A stretch of DNA of 54,460 nucleotides from assembly GCA_946625285.1 (NCBI GenBank), contig CAMOSZ010000055.1, positions 1-54,460 of the forward strand. Reading direction: 5' to 3'. The position numbers and the translations under genes are program-made. Positions within the stretch are counted from its first letter, which is position 1. Each line of letters begins with the position of its first letter. Positions 47,760 through 54,460 of this stretch are shown here, piece by piece. Origin of the DNA: an uncultured Bacillales bacterium. Lineage in GTDB: Bacteria > Bacillota_I > Bacilli_A > RFN20 > CAG-826. Under the pieces are notes generated by a model that saw only the letters and a program-made list of their open reading frames with translations, searched no databases and was not told where the DNA came from.

Positions 47760-49140
47760 AGGATCTTTTTATTTCCTTTTCTAATTCGGAAATGCTTCCG
47801 TTATTTATAATAAGGTATGTTGCCTTATTTTTATTTTCGTCAATCTTATTGGTTTTGTTAATCTCTTCTAAAAGAATAGCTTTATTACCATTTCTTTTTT
47901 GAAGCCTATCAAGTTGGATCTTTTTATCAATATCAATAACGGTTATGACATCGAAATGGTGGTCTAACTTGGCTTCGAATAGAAGCGGAACTTCAACCAC
48001 TCTAATTTGTTTAGCTTCTTTATTTAAGAAATCAGTAATTTCTTTTTCTACTAGAGGATGAATAATCTTCTCTAGTTTTTTCTTATCTTTTGGATTAAGA
48101 ATAAGATGATTTCTCAATTCATCTTTGTTGACTATATCGGTGGAGAATTTCATCTTTAAAGTTTTCTCTATGAGAGAAGCAACTTCTTTTTTCTTATATA
48201 GTTCAGAAACAATCTCATCACTAGATATAGTAGCGGCCCCTAACTTTTTATAGATGTCAAGCGCACTTGATTTACCTGATGCAATTTTACCGGTTAATCC
48301 AATGTTTTGAACTTCGCCGACTTTACGCTGACAAATAGGGCAGAAAGTAGTACCTCTTCCTCCAACTTTTATGAATCTAAAAGTATGTCCACATGTAGGG
48401 CAAGTCTCTCCAGATTTACCATATATTTTGATTCTAGTTTGGAAATTGCCATCGATGTCTTTTCCTGGATGATAACTTTTGATTGTTGATCCACCCATTT
48501 CAATGGCGATATTGAGGATTTCAACTGAATTCTTAATGATTTTATTCCAGTCTTCTAAAGTGATTAGATTAGCGGGAGTAAGAGGATGAATGTGACTTGC
48601 ATAAAGAGTTTCATCGACATAAATGTTTCCTAAACCAGTAACAACTGTTTGGTCAAGTAGTGTAGTTTTGATTGGCTTCTTTACCTTGCTAACTTGCTTC
48701 ATTAATTTTGAAACATCTTTGACATCAAATGGCTCTGGGCCAAGCTTAGAAATCATGTCTAGATTCTTATACTCATTTTCGTGTGAAAGCTTTAAAATTC
48801 CGAAACATCTAGAATCGTCATAGCAGAGTTTTTTACCATTATCAAAATGGAAGACAACTTTCGCGTACTTGCTATCGCTTTCATTTTCGTCAAATTCGTA
48901 ATATTTACCTTCCATTCTTAAATGGGATACGATGACTTTGTCATTGGTGAGATGAAAAATAAGGTACTTACCGATTCTTGAGACACTTATAAACTTTTCA
49001 CCTTCTAATGAAGAAATGAATTCATTACTATCTCCTTCAATAGTTGTCTTTCTATAGACATCAATTTTTTTGATGGTATGACCAACAACAATTTTACTAA
49101 GAACGTTTTTAATTGTTTCTACTTCTGGTAACTCAGGCAT
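47731..49140 (-). CDS. mutM: Fusion protein: formamidopyrimidine-DNA glycosylase (Fpg/MutM) N-terminal, dephospho-CoA kinase (CoaE) C-terminal
   Basis: MPELPEVE catalytic N-terminus, H2TH, and zinc finger CPTCG...CPICQRK. This runs directly into VGEVQNIGLTGKIASGKSS (CoaE P-loop) with no stop or restart. Confidence 0.85.
   Translation of the reverse strand: MPELPEVETIKNVLSKIVVGHTIKKIDVYRKTTIEGDSNEFISSLEGEKFISVSRIGKYLIFHLTNDKVIVSHLRMEGKYYEFDENESDSKYAKVVFHFDNGKKLCYDDSRCFGILKLSHENEYKNLDMISKLGPEPFDVKDVSKLMKQVSKVKKPIKTTLLDQTVVTGLGNIYVDETLYASHIHPLTPANLITLEDWNKIIKNSVEILNIAIEMGGSTIKSYHPGKDIDGNFQTRIKIYGKSGETCPTCGHTFRFIKVGGRGTTFCPICQRKVGEVQNIGLTGKIASGKSSALDIYKKLGAATISSDEIVSELYKKKEVASLIEKTLKMKFSTDIVNKDELRNHLILNPKDKKKLEKIIHPLVEKEITDFLNKEAKQIRVVEVPLLFEAKLDHHFDVITVIDIDKKIQLDRLQKRNGNKAILLEEINKTNKIDENKNKATYLIINNGSISELEKEIKRSFNEVKDLLR
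47741..47774 (+). terminator. Intrinsic terminator of dnaI, embedded in the 3' coding end of the convergent gene
   Basis: AGATCCTT (47741-47748) pairs with AAGGATCT (47759-47766) across a 10-nt loop, followed by TTTTTATTT. The dnaI TAA (47757-47759) straddles the loop/3'-arm boundary. Confidence 0.6.
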
Positions 49141-49142
49141 AA

Positions 49143-51746
49143 TTATTTACAATCATACCAAGATTTTCCAAATCCTCCATCTACTTGGAGTGGAATTGAT
49201 AAGTTCATTGCATTAATCATCTTATCTTTGATAACTTGGTAGACTTTCTCCTTTTCTTCTAAAGGAACTTTGAAAATAAGTTCATCGTGTATTTGTAAAA
49301 CCATTTTGGTTTTGAATTTACCTTCTTTAAGAGCTTTATCAACTTCAATCATTGCGACTTTGATTAAATCAGCAGCGCTTCCTTGAATAGGGGCATTCAT
49401 TGCTGCTCGTTTAGCGAATTCTCTAACTTGATAGTTAGAATCATGAAGTTCTCTTAAATATCTTCTTCTTCCCATCATCGTAGAAACATAGCCATCTTTT
49501 AAAGCGTTATCAACGATGTTTTTAAAGAAGTCATTAACTTCAGGGAAAGTTTCATAGAAACTTGAGATGATTTCTTTACTCTCTTTAATTGAACACTCTA
49601 ATTGGTCGGATAATCCCCAATCGGAAATGCCATATATAATTCCAAAATTAACCGCTTTTGCTTTTCTTCTTTGAAGTGGAGTTGGTTCTCCTTCTAAATG
49701 GAAAATCTTTTTCGCGGTAGCGGAATGGATATCGCTTGTTGGATCTTCAAAGATAGATTTAAGGTTTGGACAATTAGATAAATGGGCTAAAATTCTTAAT
49801 TCGATTTGAGAATAATCTAAAGAAAGAATTTCATAATTATCATCTGGATAATAGAAAGCTTTTCTTATTAGTTTTCCATCTTCATCTCTAACGGATATAT
49901 TTTGTAAGTTTGGATTAGAAGAAGACAATCTTCCAGTTTGAGTTAACGCTTGATTAAAAGTCGCATGAATCTTACCGTCTTTATAGACGTGTCCTTTTAA
50001 TCCTTCTACATATGTAGAAATAAGCTTTGAGTATTTACGATATTCAATAATCTTTTCGATAACTGGATGATATTTCTTTAATTCATTTAACACTTCCGCG
50101 GAAGTAGATAATTTTTTATTTGATGGGAGTCCTAATTTACCGTAAAGAACTTCTCCTAGTTGTTTTGGAGATGAAATATTGAATTTTTCGCCCGCTAAAT
50201 CATAGATTTCATCTTCTAAGTTCTTTAAGATAACTTTCCATTCATCACCAAAAGAATCTAAAACTTTTAAATCCAAAGGGAAACCTTCAATTTCCATTTT
50301 TGCTAAAACATCAACGAGTGGTAATTCTAGCGAATTATATAAATCTAAAGCGTTAAATTTAACTAGTTCTGCTTTTGCTCTACCAAATAGAGTTAAAGAA
50401 TAATAAGCGATCTTTGCGGTTCGATCTGGATTATCACTAGTGAGCAAGGACACTTCATCGCTTTTAGAACTGATATCAACGCCATAAACATTTAAGACTG
50501 GTTCGACTTTGCTCTTGATTGTGGTGTCGATTAAATAAGTAGCAATTAGTAAATCAAATTCTAAGCCTTCAATTGCGATATTGTATTTTGCTAAAGCAAC
50601 TTTAATAGCCTTATAGTCATAACAGTATTTCTTTATATCTTTATTAGATAAGATATCTAATAATTCTTTGTCGTTTTTTGCATCTTCAATAGAGATGTAG
50701 TAGTGTTCTGACTTGCTTGATAAAGAGATTCCAAATACTTCGGAATTGAAATAATCTTCTTCATCTTCGTAATCTAAAGCAATTCCGATTTCATTCCCTA
50801 AATTAATTCCTTTGAAAGAACTAACTTTTTGAACTTCAATGTTCGCGGACTCTTCTCCAAGCATTTTCCATTTTGGAGAGACCTTGCTTAAGAATTGTTT
50901 TAATCCATATTTTTGACAGAATTCATTAATCACTTTGAATGAATATCCGTGATATATTGTGTCTTCAATAGTAAATGGAAGCTTAACATCGGTTTTGATA
51001 ATCGCTAAGTCACGGGAAATTCTTCCAATTTCTGCGTTTTGAGTGATAGTTTCTCCAACTTTGCCTTTAATTTCAGAAGAATGTGCAATGATATTATCGA
51101 AACTACCGTATTCTTCGATGAGTTTAACTGCGGTTTTTTCTCCGATTCCAGGAATACCTGGAAGATTATCGGAAGAATCGCCTCTTAATCCTTTATAGTC
51201 GATGATTTGAATTGGACTAAACCCATATGTTTCTTTAACAACATCTGGAGTCATTTTAACGACATCAGATAATCCTTTTCTAATAATTTGGACGGAGATG
51301 TGTTCGCTTACTAACTGTAAGAAGTCTCTATCAGAAGTATAGATTTCAACTTCGTATCCTTCTTTTTCAGCCTTTTTAGCGATTGTTCCTGCAATATCAT
51401 CGCCTTCAAATCCTTCTTCTTCAAATTGGAAGATGCCAAAAGATTTTAAGAAATCTCTCGCGATTGGGAATTGGGTTACTAAATCTTCAGGAGCAGGTTT
51501 TCTATTTGCTTTATATGTTTCTAAAGCATCGTGTCTAAAGTTGTGCTTGGCAGCATCAAAGGCAACAATGATACCTTCGTTTTCTTTTAAGTTAGCGATG
51601 ATTTTATTCATCATATTAGAAAAGGCGAATATTGCATTTGTTGGAGTGCCATCTTGTGAACGCATTATTTCTACTCCTGGATAAGCAGTAGCAAAATACG
51701 CTCTAAAGAGAAGTGAGTTTCCATCAATAATTGTTAGTTTAGCCAT
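49143..51746 (-). CDS. polA: DNA polymerase I
   Basis: 5'-nuclease domain, a central exo-like domain, and pol A motifs (DYSQIELR, RRKAKAVNFGIIYG, QIHDE). Confidence 0.97.
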   Translation of the reverse strand: MAKLTIIDGNSLLFRAYFATAYPGVEIMRSQDGTPTNAIFAFSNMMNKIIANLKENEGIIVAFDAAKHNFRHDALETYKANRKPAPEDLVTQFPIARDFLKSFGIFQFEEEGFEGDDIAGTIAKKAEKEGYEVEIYTSDRDFLQLVSEHISVQIIRKGLSDVVKMTPDVVKETYGFSPIQIIDYKGLRGDSSDNLPGIPGIGEKTAVKLIEEYGSFDNIIAHSSEIKGKVGETITQNAEIGRISRDLAIIKTDVKLPFTIEDTIYHGYSFKVINEFCQKYGLKQFLSKVSPKWKMLGEESANIEVQKVSSFKGINLGNEIGIALDYEDEEDYFNSEVFGISLSSKSEHYYISIEDAKNDKELLDILSNKDIKKYCYDYKAIKVALAKYNIAIEGLEFDLLIATYLIDTTIKSKVEPVLNVYGVDISSKSDEVSLLTSDNPDRTAKIAYYSLTLFGRAKAELVKFNALDLYNSLELPLVDVLAKMEIEGFPLDLKVLDSFGDEWKVILKNLEDEIYDLAGEKFNISSPKQLGEVLYGKLGLPSNKKLSTSAEVLNELKKYHPVIEKIIEYRKYSKLISTYVEGLKGHVYKDGKIHATFNQALTQTGRLSSSNPNLQNISVRDEDGKLIRKAFYYPDDNYEILSLDYSQIELRILAHLSNCPNLKSIFEDPTSDIHSATAKKIFHLEGEPTPLQRRKAKAVNFGIIYGISDWGLSDQLECSIKESKEIISSFYETFPEVNDFFKNIVDNALKDGYVSTMMGRRRYLRELHDSNYQVREFAKRAAMNAPIQGSAADLIKVAMIEVDKALKEGKFKTKMVLQIHDELIFKVPLEEKEKVYQVIKDKMINAMNLSIPLQVDGGFGKSWYDCK

Positions 51747-51749
51747 AAT

Positions 51750-54460
51750 CTATTCCTTTTCTAATAAGTTAATTTCGTCTGCGACAAAGCTTTCGCGATC
51801 TTTGTCATGTTCATATCGTCCCTTTATTAGGACAATCGCGTTTTTATTTAAAATCTTAAATGATGCTTCATAAGTTTTAGGGAAGATAGTAACTTCCATT
51901 TCATCAGTTTCATCAAATATTTTGATGAACGCCATCGTGGAGTTATTCTTCCTAACTTTTATTGTCTTAATTGAAGAGATAATTCCGGCAACATTAATCT
52001 TGCCATATTTATCTTTAGCCTCGATTAAAGGAACACAGTTATTTGAGACAAGCAAGTCTTTTTTGTATTTAAGTGGATTATCTGAAAGCATAATACCAAG
52101 TGCTTCGTATTCAAGATTGAGATTATCTAGAGGTATATCAACATCTTTAAGATATTGCTTTTGGTTTTCTAAAGTAGCATCTAAAATGATTTGACCGTTT
52201 TTATCATAAGATAATTCCGCTAATTGATATGCATAGTGGAGAGTGTTTCTTAAAGTTGCTCGAGATGAGTTAAAAGTATCAAGAGCACCTGAATCAATGA
52301 ACTTAGAAATAACAACTTCACTTATTCCAAGAGAATATATACGAGAAACGAAATCAAAGAAATCTTTGAATTCCCCGTTTTCAATTCTATTATCAATGAT
52401 TTTTGAGACAGTTAATTCGTTAACGCCTTTAATCATATTAAGTGGGAATAATAAGCCTTTATCTGTGATAACAAAATATTTATTACTTAAATTGACATTC
52501 GGAAGATAGACCTCATAATTTCTTGATTTAATCTCTGCTACATAATCAGAGAATTTATGGTCAGTTGTACCACTAGAAATAGTGAGAATTGAACAATAAA
52601 ATTCAAGTGGATAATGGGCTTTTAAATATGCCATACGACTGGCGATAATTGCATATACGACAGCGTGAGATTTATTAAAGCCATAGTCAGCAAACTTTAA
52701 GATATCATCAAACATGTTGTTTGCGTCATTTTCTTTATATCCGTTTTTTATAGCGCCTTTAATAAAGTTAGTTTTACTACTTTCAAGGACACTCTTCTCT
52801 TTATGAGAAATGGCTCTTCTAAATAAATCCGCGTCTTCTGGAGTAAATCCTGCCATCACTTGAGCAATTTTATTGATTTGCTCTTGGTAGATGATAACTC
52901 CATATGTTGGAGCAAGAATCTCTTTAAGAGATTCACTTAAATAAGTAACTCTTATTTTGCCTGCTTTACGGGCTTGATAATCTTTGATATTGTCCATTGG
53001 ACCAGGTCTAAAAATAGCAAGCAAAGTAACGATATCTAAAAACTCTTTCGGTTGAATGATTTTAATTGCGTTTTTCATACCAGCACTTTCAAGTTGGAAG
53101 ACGCCAATAGTTTGGCCGCTTCTAATGATATCCATGCTTTCTTTTGCTTGATATGGCAAATCATAGAACGATAATTCTTTTCCTGTTGTTTCTTTGATTA
53201 AGTTCAAACAGTAATCAATAACAGTAAGGTTTCTTAAAGAAAGGAAGTCCATTTTTAAGAATCCTTGATCTTCGAGATAATCTTTTTCATATTGAGAAGC
53301 AAGGTTACCATCAAAATCAACAGTGACTGGCAAAACTTCTTCAATGGATTTGTCATTTAAAATAATTCCAGCAGCGTGAAGGCCAGCTTGACGTGGTAAT
53401 CCTTCAATCTTACTCGCTAAAGAAACGATATCTAAAAAATATTTATCAGAATCGACAAGATTCTTAAAAGCAGGGAGTTTCTTATATGCTTCTCTAAGAG
53501 AAATCTTGTCAGTGATGGATTTGGATAATAAATCAATGTAACGAGTTGGAATATCGTAAATTCTTCCAATATCTCTTAGCGCTTGTTTAGCTTGAATAGT
53601 TTGGAAAGTGGCGATATTGGCGACATGGTCAATGCCATATTTTTCTTTCATGTAATTAACAACCTTGTCTCTAGAGATATCCATGAAATCGATATCGATA
53701 TCAGGCATGCTTTTACGAGCCTTGTTCAGGAAGCGTTCAAATTGCAAATCAAAATCTAAAGGATCAACTTCAGTAATCCCTAAAGCGTAAGAGACTAATG
53801 AACCAGCAGCGCTTCCTCTACCAGGACCAACTAAAACCCCGTTCTCTTTAGCATATTTAACATAATCAGCGACAATTAAGAAATAATCGGAATACCCCAT
53901 AGAAGTTATAACTTCTAATTCATAATTCGCTCTAGATATATGAGCATCATCATTGATGTTTTTGTCTTTTAATCCTTGATAGACGTTTGCTTTAATTGTC
54001 TCCGCTGAATCTTTAACAGGGTAGTGGACAATTGCACCTCTTTTTTGATGGAAGTTAAATGTTGACTTCTTGATTAACTCTTCTGTCTTATTGAGTTCGG
54101 ATTTTGTGTATAGCTTTGTGTAATAAGAAAGTTCGTGGAAATATTGTTCCCCATTTTCTTCTTTAACTTCAATTTTTTCATCTTGGTCAATCGCATTAAC
54201 AATCGTAAGAATGATTGCATCACTTTTCTTTTGATATCTAATTCTAGGGAACGCTAAAGTTTCATAAGCATGTTCATTAGAAAATTCTCTAATTTCTTGA
54301 GCGCGTTTAAATTCCTCTTTGTTTGTGATCTCAAGACCTAAATAGAAACAATCTACAGAAGTAGATAACTTCGCAAAATATTTAGTAAATTCAACACTAG
54401 GAGTTAAAGAAAACTCTTCTTTGAATTTACCGTAATTAGTCTCTAATACTCCAATCAATC
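51750..54460 (-). CDS. dnaE: DNA polymerase III alpha subunit DnaE (partial; N-terminal PHP part lies beyond the right edge)
   Basis: Palm/fingers motifs (PDIDIDF, GLHAAG, FNKSHA) and a C-terminal OB fold. The ORF-track M at 54458 is an internal TTG, and the frame is open to the window end. Confidence 0.95.
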   Translation of the reverse strand, partial: LIGVLETNYGKFKEEFSLTPSVEFTKYFAKLSTSVDCFYLGLEITNKEEFKRAQEIREFSNEHAYETLAFPRIRYQKKSDAIILTIVNAIDQDEKIEVKEENGEQYFHELSYYTKLYTKSELNKTEELIKKSTFNFHQKRGAIVHYPVKDSAETIKANVYQGLKDKNINDDAHISRANYELEVITSMGYSDYFLIVADYVKYAKENGVLVGPGRGSAAGSLVSYALGITEVDPLDFDLQFERFLNKARKSMPDIDIDFMDISRDKVVNYMKEKYGIDHVANIATFQTIQAKQALRDIGRIYDIPTRYIDLLSKSITDKISLREAYKKLPAFKNLVDSDKYFLDIVSLASKIEGLPRQAGLHAAGIILNDKSIEEVLPVTVDFDGNLASQYEKDYLEDQGFLKMDFLSLRNLTVIDYCLNLIKETTGKELSFYDLPYQAKESMDIIRSGQTIGVFQLESAGMKNAIKIIQPKEFLDIVTLLAIFRPGPMDNIKDYQARKAGKIRVTYLSESLKEILAPTYGVIIYQEQINKIAQVMAGFTPEDADLFRRAISHKEKSVLESSKTNFIKGAIKNGYKENDANNMFDDILKFADYGFNKSHAVVYAIIASRMAYLKAHYPLEFYCSILTISSGTTDHKFSDYVAEIKSRNYEVYLPNVNLSNKYFVITDKGLLFPLNMIKGVNELTVSKIIDNRIENGEFKDFFDFVSRIYSLGISEVVISKFIDSGALDTFNSSRATLRNTLHYAYQLAELSYDKNGQIILDATLENQKQYLKDVDIPLDNLNLEYEALGIMLSDNPLKYKKDLLVSNNCVPLIEAKDKYGKINVAGIISSIKTIKVRKNNSTMAFIKIFDETDEMEVTIFPKTYEASFKILNKNAIVLIKGRYEHDKDRESFVADEINLLEKE

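Overview
AT-rich chromosomal segment using the standard genetic code. TGA acts as a stop in several ATGA stop/start overlaps (e.g. 29808-29811, 31785-31788). It reads as core genome of a low-GC Firmicutes/Mollicutes-type organism, perhaps Acholeplasma- or Erysipelotrichia-like. That taxon call is inference from gene content: a lipobox-bearing AtpF, a PASTA-less PrkC and a PPi-type PFK. About 50 tightly packed housekeeping genes show strong Bacillus-like synteny. (i) A partial TGS/uridine-kinase-family gene. (ii) A long plus-strand unit pfp-atpIBEFHAGDC-ppa-trmL. (iii) An orphan 74-aa gene with its own promoter, structured leader and terminator. (iv) rqcH diverging from gmk-priA-(148-aa unknown)-rsmB-like-rlmN-prpC-prkC-rsgA-rpe-(membrane protein), convergent with rpmB. 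(v) glgC-glgD-glgA-leuS-coaX-pepV-trmB-ytpR-like-NAPRTase as one co-directional block. (vi) tyrS and rpsD on the minus strand. (vii) ezrA-nifZ-thiI. (viii) infC-rpmI-rplT with an L20-type attenuator leader, then an acyltransferase, thrS and pfkA on the minus strand. (ix) A DnaA-box-bearing intergenic region followed by dnaB-dnaI, convergent with dnaE-polA-(fpg::coaE fusion). I found no rRNA, tRNA, CRISPR array, transposase, integrase, phage gene or recognisable defence gene. I do not see a convincing novel multi-gene system, so this looks like ordinary core genome. The leads worth a second look are a two-carboxylate Na+-type c subunit, an RsmB homolog with all catalytic motifs ablated, an Fpg-CoaE fusion, clustered DnaA boxes plus a 21-bp palindrome upstream of the helicase-loader genes, an SD-sequestering leader on the orphan small gene, and probable leaderless back-to-back rqcH/gmk starts.
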